Shown here: in pieces, positions 53,487-63,500 of the stretch
Layout of the letters: the number at the start of each line of letters is the position of its first letter
Numbering within the stretch: position 1 is the stretch's first letter
Assembly (NCBI GenBank): GCA_964220295.1
Contig: CAXPUM010000015.1
Span: 7,761 to 71,760 of the forward strand
Source: Flavobacteriaceae bacterium
Lineage (GTDB): Bacteria; Bacteroidota; Bacteroidia; Flavobacteriales; Flavobacteriaceae
Length of the DNA: 64,000 nt
Direction: 5' to 3'
Program-made: the position numbers and the translations under genes
Notes under the pieces: generated by a model
Told to the model about the DNA's origin: nothing
The model's input: the letters and a program-made list of their open reading frames with translations, nothing else
The model's database searches: none

Positions 53487-54722
53487 TTGACCAAGATACT
53501 TCCATTTAAGGCGGTTAGGCCAGCCAGGCCCTATGCCGGTCTGGTAGCTTCCCGCCCATACGAAGATTACAGCGAGAACGAATTGCGCGCTCAACTGGAA
53601 TACAACCCGTATACCTTCCTTCATATCGTGAATCCTGGCTATAAATTTCAGCATGATATTGGTGGTGACCGCCGATTTGAAATGGTTCGCAACCGCTACC
53701 TGGAATTCCGGGAAGAAGGAACATTTATCCAGGATAAAACGCCTTGTTTTTATGTATACCAGATCAAAAATCGCGGGATGACCTGCTGCGGAATCATAGC
53801 TGCTGCCAGTGCTGAAGATTATGAGCGAAATGTGATCAAAAAACATGAAGATACCATTGCTCCCCGTGAACAAATCTTCAAAGAATATTTAAAAGTCGTT
53901 GGTTTTAATACCGAACCGGTACTTTTAACTTACCCTGATAGCGAGGTAATCACTTCGGTTCTTGAAGAAACCATGAAGAAAAGGCCGGAGTACGAGTTTG
54001 CAACTGCCAATAAAGAATTGCATACCCTCTGGAAAATTTGTGATGAAGAGAACGTTGGCAAAATCCGGAAGGAATTTGGCAATATGTCTAAGATCTATAT
54101 TGCAGATGGTCATCATCGTAGCGCTTCCTCCTATTTGTTAGCTCAGGAATGCAAAGAGGCCAACCCCGATCATAATGGAGAAGAGCCTTATAATTATTTC
54201 ATGAGCTATCTTATTGCGGAAAGTAACCTTCGCATCTATGAATACAGCAGGTTGGTGACCGATCTTAATGGCTATTCCAAAGAAGAGTTTTTGATTAGGC
54301 TTGATGAGTGGTTCCGTATCGAAAATCGTGGATATGAAATTTATAAGCCCTCCCAGAAACATCATTTTAATATGTATCTTGACGGAGAATTCTATTCGTT
54401 ATATCTGCGGAATACCAATTACGAATTCAGCGATTCATTGAGCAGGCTTGATTCTTATATTTTGTACGAAAAAATTCTCAAACCAGTTTTGGGCATTCAG
54501 GATCTTAGGCATGACAAAAGAATCACCTATGTTCACGGACGTAATGATTTAATTGAATTAAAAACAAGGATCGACAGTGGCGAATTCCAGGTTGGCTTCG
54601 GAATGCTTCCGGCAAACATCGAAGAAATTAAACAAATTGCCGATGAAAATTTGACGATGCCGCCAAAAAGTACTTATATTGAGCCCAAATTACGTAGTGG
54701 TCTCACTATCTATGAGTTCTAG
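53487..54722 (+). CDS. DUF1015 domain-containing protein
   Basis: 411 aa. It starts (TTG) TKILPFKAVRPARP...VASRPYEDYS and has IADGHHR, which is characteristic of DUF1015. Confidence 0.8.
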   Translation: MTKILPFKAVRPARPYAGLVASRPYEDYSENELRAQLEYNPYTFLHIVNPGYKFQHDIGGDRRFEMVRNRYLEFREEGTFIQDKTPCFYVYQIKNRGMTCCGIIAAASAEDYERNVIKKHEDTIAPREQIFKEYLKVVGFNTEPVLLTYPDSEVITSVLEETMKKRPEYEFATANKELHTLWKICDEENVGKIRKEFGNMSKIYIADGHHRSASSYLLAQECKEANPDHNGEEPYNYFMSYLIAESNLRIYEYSRLVTDLNGYSKEEFLIRLDEWFRIENRGYEIYKPSQKHHFNMYLDGEFYSLYLRNTNYEFSDSLSRLDSYILYEKILKPVLGIQDLRHDKRITYVHGRNDLIELKTRIDSGEFQVGFGMLPANIEEIKQIADENLTMPPKSTYIEPKLRSGLTIYEF

Positions 54723-54790
54723 CATTAAACAGCCACCAATTCCCTGCTTCTGGTGGGTGATCCTGATTTGAACCAAGAATTTATTTTAGG

Positions 54791-55444
54791 ATGAATATTT
54801 CAGAAAATATAAAAAAATACCGGGAGGAACTTCCGGAAAATGTACAACTGGTTGCGATCTCTAAAACCAAACCAAATGAAGACCTGATGGAGGCTTACCG
54901 AGCCGGTCAGCGAATTTTTGGTGAGAACAAGATCCAGGAAATGACCGATAAATGGGAAGCACTTCCTAAAGATATCAAATGGCATATGGTTGGGCATGTT
55001 CAAAGCAATAAGGTGAAGTATATGGCACCTTATGTAAGTTTGATCCATGCGGTCGACAGTTTAAAACTGCTAAAAGAGATTAACAAGCGAGCACGGCAAA
55101 ATGAAAGAACCATAGATTGCCTGCTGCAGATCAAAATTGCTGAAGAAGATTCCAAATTCGGCATTTCAAAAGCTGAAGCCAGAGAGATACTGCAATCTGA
55201 AAAATTCAGAAAAATGGAGCACGTGAAAGTAGTTGGTCTTATGGGGATGGCAACTTTCACCGATGATGAAACGCAGGTAAAAAAGGAGTTCAACCGGCTG
55301 AAAAGTATCATGGAAGATTTTCAACAGGACTTTCCATTTTTAAAAGAGCTTTCAATGGGAATGAGTGGCGATTACCACCTTGCCCTGGAATCTGGCACGA
55401 CTATGGTTCGTATTGGGAGCAGTATTTTTGGAGAGAGAAATTAA
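54791..55444 (+). CDS. yggS: YggS-family pyridoxal-phosphate homeostasis protein
   Basis: 217 aa with LVAISKTKP (PLP Lys), FGENKIQE, WHMVGHVQSNKVKY and VRIGSSIFG. Confidence 0.9.
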   Translation: MNISENIKKYREELPENVQLVAISKTKPNEDLMEAYRAGQRIFGENKIQEMTDKWEALPKDIKWHMVGHVQSNKVKYMAPYVSLIHAVDSLKLLKEINKRARQNERTIDCLLQIKIAEEDSKFGISKAEAREILQSEKFRKMEHVKVVGLMGMATFTDDETQVKKEFNRLKSIMEDFQQDFPFLKELSMGMSGDYHLALESGTTMVRIGSSIFGERN

Positions 55445-55463
55445 AATTTAGAAAAAAGAGTAT

Positions 55464-56837
55464 TTGTACGCGATTTTAGACATAGAAACTACCGGAGGGA
55501 AGTATAATGAAGAGGGGATCACCGAGATTGCGATCTATAAGTTTGACGGTGAAAAGGTAGTTGATCAATTTATCAGTTTAATTAATCCTGAGCAACCCAT
55601 TCAGCCATTCGTGGTAAACCTAACTGGTATCAATAACGATATGCTGCGCAATGCACCGAAATTCTACGAAGTTGCTAAACGCATCGTAGAAATTACTGAA
55701 GATTGCATCTTGGTGGCACACAATGCGAAATTTGATTATCGCATTCTCAGAACAGAATTTCGGCGTCTTGGGTTCGAATATGAACGCAAAAGCCTTTGTA
55801 CGGTTGAATTGTCTAAAAAGCTCATTCCGGATATGCCTTCCTACAGCCTTGGGAAACTGGTTCGTTCACTGGGCATTCCTTTAAGCGATCGGCATCGCGC
55901 AGCCGGAGATGCGCAGGCAACGGTAAAGTTATTCAAAATGCTGCTGAATAAGGATGTGGAAAAAGACATCCTGAAAGAGCATGTACGAATGGAACCTAAA
56001 AAAAGCCTGGATACTAAACTGGTCTATATTCTCGAAGAATTGCCTTCATCTACCGGGATTTACTATTTCCACGATGAAAATGGCGAGATTATTTACGTGG
56101 GAAAATCTAGGAATATCCGTAAAAGAGTGAATCAGCATTTCACGAACGAAAATGCGAAGTCACGGGAAATGCAGAAAAAGGTCGCCTCGGTTTCTTATGA
56201 AAGTACCGGAAATGAACTTGTGGCCTTGCTCAAAGAAAACCAGGAGATCAAAGAACTAAAGCCTAAGTATAACCGGGCTTTGAAAAGAGATATTTTCAGC
56301 CACGCTTTATATCACTTCAAAGATGACCAGGGTTATATCAACCTGAAGATAGGCAGAGCTTCAAAAAATAAAAAGAATATTACCACTTTCAGCACCTTGC
56401 GTTCGGCTAAAAATGCACTGGAAAGCTGGGTGCAGGAATATGAATTATGTTCCCGTCTGGGTGGCTTGCACAACGGCTCGGGGAACTGTTTTAATTATTC
56501 TATAAAAAGCTGTCGCGGCGCCTGTGTGGAAGAAGAGCCGGTAGCAGAATACAATGAACGCGCGCAGCAATTAATAGACCGTTATTCTTACGAGAATCAG
56601 AATATGATCCTGATAGGACGAGGAAGAGATGTGGATGAAAAATGTGCGATTTTGATTGAAGATGGAGAGTTTAAGGGAAGCGGCTACTTCAATTTAAATC
56701 ACCAAATCAATAACCTGGATATCATTAAGTCTATCATTACACCAATGAAGAACAATCGTGATGCTCAGCATATTATCCAGAGTTATTTGAGGAAAAAGCA
56801 CAATTTTAAAATCATCCAATTATCTGTTCATGAATAA
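55464..56837 (+). CDS. DnaQ-like DEDDh 3'-5' exonuclease fused to a GIY-YIG (UvrC/Cho-like) nuclease domain
   Basis: 457 aa. Exo I is AILDIETTGG, exo II VAHNAKFDY and exo III H.AAGDA. The GIY-YIG module is GIYYFHDENGEIIYVGKSRNIRKRVNQHF...LKPKYN. The apparent start is TTG. Confidence 0.85.
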   Translation: MYAILDIETTGGKYNEEGITEIAIYKFDGEKVVDQFISLINPEQPIQPFVVNLTGINNDMLRNAPKFYEVAKRIVEITEDCILVAHNAKFDYRILRTEFRRLGFEYERKSLCTVELSKKLIPDMPSYSLGKLVRSLGIPLSDRHRAAGDAQATVKLFKMLLNKDVEKDILKEHVRMEPKKSLDTKLVYILEELPSSTGIYYFHDENGEIIYVGKSRNIRKRVNQHFTNENAKSREMQKKVASVSYESTGNELVALLKENQEIKELKPKYNRALKRDIFSHALYHFKDDQGYINLKIGRASKNKKNITTFSTLRSAKNALESWVQEYELCSRLGGLHNGSGNCFNYSIKSCRGACVEEEPVAEYNERAQQLIDRYSYENQNMILIGRGRDVDEKCAILIEDGEFKGSGYFNLNHQINNLDIIKSIITPMKNNRDAQHIIQSYLRKKHNFKIIQLSVHE

Positions 56838-58806
56838 ATTATTCACTACACTCTTTCTTCTCTTTACTTTTTTAAGCAACGCGCAGAGCTTCAACAGTAA
56901 GAACGCTTCGGTAACTACCGAAGACCTGAGAACCAATCAATATCCATTAGATACCGCTGCGCATGCCTTAGTGATTTTTGAAAAAGGCTTTAGCGAATTC
57001 GATGCAAAGGAAGAATATGACCTGGTCACTGAATATGTTCATAAAATCAAGGTTTTAGACAAAATGGGCATTGATGAGGTCGCAACCGTTGAAATTCCTC
57101 TGAGTAAATCCTACAGCTCCTCTGCAGAAGAACGAGTAAAAGACCTAGAAGCTTATACCTATAAACTGGTAGATGGTAAACTTTCATCCTTTAAACTAAA
57201 CCCGGAAGAAGTCTATACGCAGAATTTTGACAATTACGATTTGATGAAATTCACCTTTCCGAATGTTTCTCCAGGTGACGTGCTGGTTTATAAATACAAA
57301 CTGATATCTCCCTTTAAGTTTACCTTTACCGGTTGGGAGTTTCAAAGCAAAATCCCAAAAATTCATAGTGAATTCACCTCAAAGATCCCGGGGAATTATG
57401 ATTACCACATAGCCCTGGTGGGACCATTAAAATTAACCGATTTGAAATCGGAGATCGTGGAAAGGTGCATCAGTTTTAACAGGGCGGCAAATCCTGCAGA
57501 TTGTTCCCAAAACCTTTATACTATGGATGATATTCCTGCTTTTAAGGAGGAAGAATACATGACAAGCGAAAGGAATTATAAAAGTCGGTTGAAATTTGAA
57601 TTAAAATCCATCACACGTCTGGATGGTTATATAGATAAAATAACCAAGGAATGGGAAGATGTGGACGATTATCTTTTGAAGGAAAAAGGAATTGGAAAGC
57701 AATGGAAAAAAGACCGACTGGTTGAAGAATTATTGCCTGCCAGTATTAAGAATATACCTGACGCGCTGGAAAAGGCCAAAGCTATCTATGCTTTTATTAA
57801 AGACAATTATAAATGGAATGGCGAATACCAGATCCACGATGATCTCAAACTAAAGGATATCCTAAAAGATCACACCGGCAATATCATGTTACTGAATACC
57901 TTGCTTTACAACCTTTATAAATCAGAAGGTTATGAGGTTGACCCTATCATGGCATCTACCAGGTCACATGGTTTCATCACCAAGATCCATCCTATCTTGA
58001 GCGATTTCAATTATTTTTTTGTGAGTGTCAATGTTGATGGAAAAAATTATTATGCCGATGCCAGTGAAAAATACCTGGATTTTGGCCGACTTCCTTACCG
58101 AGCACTGAATAGTTATGCCAGGCTGCTGGACACCGAAAAAGGAAGTTCCTGGATCGATATTCAACCAGAGGATTATTCGGCTATAAGTTTCAGAGATTCC
58201 ATTGCTGTGCAAAAAGATGGTTCTGCGATAGGTTTCTCTAAGCAAACATTTTCAGGATATAAAGCGTATAATATCCGGAAAGAACTTTCGGAAACTGAAA
58301 GAGAGAATTATTTTACAGAATTCAGCAATCCTAACGATCACGCCAGGACTACTAACTTGAATATTACTCATGAAAATGACTTGGAAGAAGACCTGGAAAT
58401 CACCTATGAGCTGAAAAATGCCAGCCAAAAGATTGATAATCAGATCTATTTTAATCCGTTTTCGTTCAAATTCTTTCAGGAAAATCCTTTCAACCTGGAC
58501 AAAAGAACGTATCCGATCGATTTCGGATATAAGGACATGTTTCAGTATTCCATTCAATTATATATTCCTGAAGGATATAGCGTTGCAGAGATGCCCGAGG
58601 CAAAAGCCCTAAGATTACCTGGAAACAAAGGTTCATTTATTTTTTCGGCTGTAAAAATCAGCGAAAATGCGTTGAGCATACAGTGCCGGGTAAATTTCAC
58701 AGAAGCCGTTTACGGTCCGGAATATTATGAAGGTTTGAAGAAATTCTTCAATGAAATTCTCGCAGTTCAGGAGCAATCGCTTATCGTGCTGAAAGAAAAT
58801 AGTTAA
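56830..58806 (+). CDS. DUF3857/DUF3858 (transglutaminase-like fold) secreted protein
   Basis: 658 aa with a signal peptide (FLSNAQS). Size and architecture are typical of the DUF3857 family from memory. Its start overlaps the upstream stop by 8 nt (ATGAATAA). Confidence 0.6.
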   Translation: MNKLFTTLFLLFTFLSNAQSFNSKNASVTTEDLRTNQYPLDTAAHALVIFEKGFSEFDAKEEYDLVTEYVHKIKVLDKMGIDEVATVEIPLSKSYSSSAEERVKDLEAYTYKLVDGKLSSFKLNPEEVYTQNFDNYDLMKFTFPNVSPGDVLVYKYKLISPFKFTFTGWEFQSKIPKIHSEFTSKIPGNYDYHIALVGPLKLTDLKSEIVERCISFNRAANPADCSQNLYTMDDIPAFKEEEYMTSERNYKSRLKFELKSITRLDGYIDKITKEWEDVDDYLLKEKGIGKQWKKDRLVEELLPASIKNIPDALEKAKAIYAFIKDNYKWNGEYQIHDDLKLKDILKDHTGNIMLLNTLLYNLYKSEGYEVDPIMASTRSHGFITKIHPILSDFNYFFVSVNVDGKNYYADASEKYLDFGRLPYRALNSYARLLDTEKGSSWIDIQPEDYSAISFRDSIAVQKDGSAIGFSKQTFSGYKAYNIRKELSETERENYFTEFSNPNDHARTTNLNITHENDLEEDLEITYELKNASQKIDNQIYFNPFSFKFFQENPFNLDKRTYPIDFGYKDMFQYSIQLYIPEGYSVAEMPEAKALRLPGNKGSFIFSAVKISENALSIQCRVNFTEAVYGPEYYEGLKKFFNEILAVQEQSLIVLKENS

Positions 58807-58835
58807 ATTTGATGGTTAACCTTAAATAGCAGTTC

Positions 58836-59660
58836 TTGAAACACCCTGAGTATCCAGCCTGGAAACAGAAACTTCATGAGATCATTTATGAAGCCGATAC
58901 TCCTGCCGGGAAGTTATTCGATATTGTTCTGTTATTTTTCATTGTGGTAAGCGTGGTGCTGGTCATGCTCGAGAGCATCACCTCTATCAACACGGAGTAC
59001 GCGGAAACTTTTTACGTAGCTGAATGGGTCATCACGATCATTTTCACGATTGAATACGTTCTCCGAATTTTAGTCATCAAACAACCGCGAAAATATATTT
59101 TCAGTTTCTACGGAATCGTTGATCTGCTGTCCACGCTCCCGAGTTATATCAGTTTTTTCTTTGGTGGTCAGAACTTGTTGCTCACCATTCGCGCGCTCCG
59201 ATTATTAAGGGTTTTCAGAATTTTGAAGGTGACACGCTACATCGGCGAATCGAACAAACTTGCTTCTGCCCTTCGGAACAGTAAAGCTAAAATCCTTGTT
59301 TTTCTATTTGCGGTTCTGATCATTTGCGTCATTGCCGGAACCTTAATGTACCTCATCGAAGGCGAAAATGGTGGTTTCGACAATATCCCGCTAAGCATCT
59401 ACTGGTGTATCGTAACTCTTACCACGGTTGGTTTTGGAGATATCGCGCCAATTACTCCACTGGGAAGACTTATCGCGTCGCTCATCATGATCATGGGTTA
59501 CGGAATCATTGCCGTACCAACCGGTATCGTTAGCGCCGAATATAACAAAGCCGGAAAAGAGGAAGATCATAACACCCAGGTTTGCCCAAATTGTAATGCG
59601 CACAGGCATGTGAATAATGCCAATTATTGCCATAAATGCGGACATTTGCTGAATGGCTAA
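58836..59660 (+). CDS. Voltage-gated-type (6-TM) potassium channel with a C-terminal zinc-ribbon
   Basis: 274 aa. S4 (RALRLLRVFRILKVTR) carries a basic residue at every third position. The selectivity filter is TTVGFGD and the C-terminal motif is CPNC-x14-CHKC. The apparent start is TTG. Confidence 0.85.
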   Translation: MKHPEYPAWKQKLHEIIYEADTPAGKLFDIVLLFFIVVSVVLVMLESITSINTEYAETFYVAEWVITIIFTIEYVLRILVIKQPRKYIFSFYGIVDLLSTLPSYISFFFGGQNLLLTIRALRLLRVFRILKVTRYIGESNKLASALRNSKAKILVFLFAVLIICVIAGTLMYLIEGENGGFDNIPLSIYWCIVTLTTVGFGDIAPITPLGRLIASLIMIMGYGIIAVPTGIVSAEYNKAGKEEDHNTQVCPNCNAHRHVNNANYCHKCGHLLNG

Positions 59661-60561
59661 TTATCTTATCACCATATCAGGACCGACCGCGATTGGCAAG
59701 ACGGCACTTTCGATCAAACTGGCCCGGCATTTCGATACTGAAATCATTTCAGCCGATTCCCGACAATTTTTTAAGGAAATGTACATCGGCACTGCTGTCC
59801 CAGAACCGGAAGAACTTGCCGCAGCACCGCATCATTTTATTCAGCATATTTCCATAAGAGATAATTATTCTGTTGGAGATTTTGAACGTGACGGCATTCA
59901 AAAACTCGAAGAACTTTTCAGGGATCATACTATTGTGATCATGGTTGGCGGCAGCGGTCTTTATCTCAAAGCGATTGCTGAAGGCCTGGATGACTTTCCA
60001 GAGATTGATCCAAAAATTCGAGAGAAACTCAAAGAACAACTGGATAAAGAAGGAATTGACCAGCTTCAGAAGCAGTTATTTACCTTAGACCCGGAATACT
60101 ATCGAACGGCAGATGTTCAGAATCCTCATCGTCTAATTCGCGCTTTAGAGATCTGTATTGGTACTGGAAAACCATTCTCCAGTTTCCTGAATCAAACAAA
60201 AGCTGAAAGGAATTTTCAAATTATCCCAATTGGCCTTACCGCAGATCGTGAGATCATCTATGACCGGATCAATCGGCGGGTTGAAATCATGATGGAGAAA
60301 GGACTGGAAGTTGAAGCCAGGGAACTTTATCCTTCCCGAGAACTGAATGCTCTAAATACCGTTGGATACAAGGAACTCTTTGATTATTTCGATGGAAATT
60401 TGGATAAAGAAACGGCTATTTCAGAAATTAAAAAGAATACCAGGCGATTTGCCAAAAGACAGTTAACCTGGTTTCGCAAAGATGACTCTATTCGATGGTT
60501 CGACCATCAAAGTTCTTCCGAAGAAATAATTGCTTTTATTGAATCAGAAATTAATTCTTGA
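59653..60561 (+). CDS. miaA: tRNA dimethylallyltransferase
   Basis: 302 aa with the P-loop GPTAIGKT, plus SADSRQFFKEMYIGTA and RRFAKRQLTWFR. It overlaps the channel gene by 8 nt (ATGGCTAA). Confidence 0.93.
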   Translation: MANYLITISGPTAIGKTALSIKLARHFDTEIISADSRQFFKEMYIGTAVPEPEELAAAPHHFIQHISIRDNYSVGDFERDGIQKLEELFRDHTIVIMVGGSGLYLKAIAEGLDDFPEIDPKIREKLKEQLDKEGIDQLQKQLFTLDPEYYRTADVQNPHRLIRALEICIGTGKPFSSFLNQTKAERNFQIIPIGLTADREIIYDRINRRVEIMMEKGLEVEARELYPSRELNALNTVGYKELFDYFDGNLDKETAISEIKKNTRRFAKRQLTWFRKDDSIRWFDHQSSSEEIIAFIESEINS

Positions 60562-63500
60562 TGATGATTCGCCGAATAATATCCTTTTTATTGCTTTTGA
60601 TCTTCAGCACATAAGCGGCTTCCTGTAACGGCCCCACATCCATAGAGTATTCCATCCTGTCACCTTTGAAATCTTTCGCGGCAATGAAACGCCCGCGATG
60701 GTCAAAAACTTCAATTCTTGTAATGCTAACATCTGAAGGTGTGGCAACGGTAAAACTTCCAGAGTTAGGGTTTGGATAAACGAAAGTATATTTGGTTCCA
60801 GGTGGTAAGTTTCCGCAATTCTCTCCTTCAACCGTTACGATAATTGTCTCAGTGGCTGAATTTCCATAATTATCGGTTGCGGTAACTTCCACTAAATTAT
60901 TACCAAAGTCATCACAGGTAAATTCAGTCTGACTCAATTCATAGGTCACTTCTTCGGAACAAAGATCTGAGGAGCCAATATCGATATCTTGAAAATTTAA
61001 GACTGCACTGCCTTCTTCTCCAATCTGTAGCGTGATGTCTCGCAATTGCAGATCTGGCGCTGTTCTGTCAATAACTGTTACCGGGATGACACAACTGCCA
61101 TCCTGAGCACCGGAATAGGTCAAGGTTATTTCCGTTTCCCCTACATCTTCACAGCCAAATGTAAGTTGGCTTGCCTCGAGGGTCAATCCGTCGGCACTGC
61201 CGGAATACAGGCTTGTAATAGCTATCGTCTGCGTAGCATCTTCCCTGAGAAAAACTGTCAGATCTTCAGCACAGCGAAAATCACCCGTATTTTCTTCTGG
61301 ATTCACTGTAATACTTACCGTGACAGTGCTGGAATTGAATTCCCCATCGGTAGCGTGGTAGGTAAAAAAGTCGGTTCCGGAAAAACCATTTTCGGGAGTA
61401 TAAGTAAAAGATCCATCTGAATTTAGCTCCAGTAATCCATTAGCCACATCTTCTACCAGCACCGCGAAGATTTCATCTCCGTTCGGATCGGAATCGTTAG
61501 CCAGAATCCCATCCTGTGCCGAGACATTTAGCGTAGTATTGAAATCTGTTTCATAAAAATCGGCTTTTGCAATAGGATAACCTTCTGAATCATCAACCAC
61601 CGTGATGGTGACCGTGGCCACTCCTTCTCCTCCCTCATCGGTCGCATAATAACTGAAACGATCTTCGCCAACGAAGCCATTATCTGGCGTATAGGTAAAA
61701 GATCCGTCCTCCTGTAGCACCACCGTTCCATTGGAAGCATCATCAAGCAGGAATGCCCTCAGCTCCACACCTTCCGGATCATAGTCATTGATCAAAACAC
61801 CAGGCGCATCGATATTTAAAACAGTATTGATCAGGGTAATGTATTCGTCGGCTATAACAATGGGCTGCAGGTTTTGACCTTGCAGCATATGTATGCTGAC
61901 CTCCACAGTTTCTGAATTCAGCTCACCATCGGTTACGTAATAAGTAAAAGTATCCTTTCCGAAGAAATCGGTATCAGGTATATATTGGAAAGAACCGTCA
62001 TCATTCAATGTCAAAGTCCCGAAGTTGGTGCTGTTTACCAGAACGATGCTTAGATCGTCACCTTCCGGATCAAAATCATTCGCCAGGATCCCGTTTTCTG
62101 CGGAAACATTTAATATTTGATTTCCAGGCACCTCGTACCGATCAATATTGGCAATTGGTGCCTGGTTTCCGTCAGAATTGACCACTACCATAATCGCAAC
62201 GGTACATTCATCAGTATTTCCCGCATTATCAGTCACGATAAACTGAATGTTCCGCAAACCTTCATCATCCGAAGTAAATTGCGTCTGGCTTAGTGAGAAA
62301 GAGGCAATTCCGCAATTATCCATACTTCCACCATCCAGATTTGCCGGATCGACTTCTACCGTTTCCCCTTCATTCACTGTAACCTGGTATTCCAGGATAC
62401 ATCTCGCGAATGGAGCCATCTGGTCTTCGGGTTGCAAATAAATATCACAATAGTCAGATTGATCCTGATAGGTAGCAGTCACGCGGATATACGGATCGCT
62501 GTTGGGATCAAAGCTTGACCCGGCCAAAACATCCTGTGTAATGGTAGCACCCTCGATAGTGGTTGAAACGACCGTAGAAAAATCTGGAACCCAGTAATTA
62601 CAATTACCATCTGCCGGCACGGTATAATTCTGCGGACAGTTTATTCGAAGGATTTCCTGATTGGATAGTTCAATTGTTACAGGAATGGTACAGTTTGAAC
62701 TATTTCCATTCGAATCTGTCGCGGTTACTGTTACATTGATAGTGTTACCATCGTCAGCCGCTGTAAATTGACTTCTATCCGCTTCCAAAACAATATTCTG
62801 ACCGTCACAATTATCTCGATAGGAATTCAATAAATCTTTTGGGTCCAAAATTCCGGTTGTTCCGCTTTGAAATGTAAAAGTATAGGCAGATTTGCATTCT
62901 ATAACCGGGGCCTGATCATCTGTAACCGTAATTTTAAAACTGCAGGTATCTTCATTTCCTGCCGCATCCCTGGCGACATATGAAATGGTGGTAGTTCCTA
63001 CCGGAAATACTTTTCCACTATTCAAACCTGTATCATCTGTTCTTTCCACCACTGGATCACCGCTGTTATCAGTGGCAAGAGGAGTTTCAAATTCAACTAA
63101 AGCCCCACAAACACCATTATCGTTACTTAACTCGATATCTTCAGGACAATCAATAACAGGCGGTTCGGTATCAGAGGTATTAATCAGTCTATAAGTTACT
63201 TCACATACTGCTACATTATTATACTTATCGGTTACTGTTAAGGTAATATCATAATTTCCTTCTTCGGTTATTTCAGTCCCGGGAGCAGGAACCTGAACAA
63301 TTTCTAGTTCTTCATAATCAGAACAGTTATCAGAAATTCCGAATTGATCTACCACCTCGGGCAGTTCGTACACTCCATTTGCCGGAATTTCACGGGTTTG
63401 GACTTCAGCAGGGCAGATGATTAATGGTTTTCCTACATCTTTAACCGTCACATTCACCGTACAGGAATATTCTTCTCCTGTATCCTTGTCTTTCGCATTA

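Noticed and set aside
53355-53873. 172-aa minus-strand ORF spanning the hbd/DUF1015 junction
   Set aside because: It is antisense to two well-supported genes with clear family motifs and has no recognisable motif of its own. The same reasoning applies to other long antisense ORFs: 6825-7334, 26348-26824, 35513-35965, 37561-37944 and 3636-4046.
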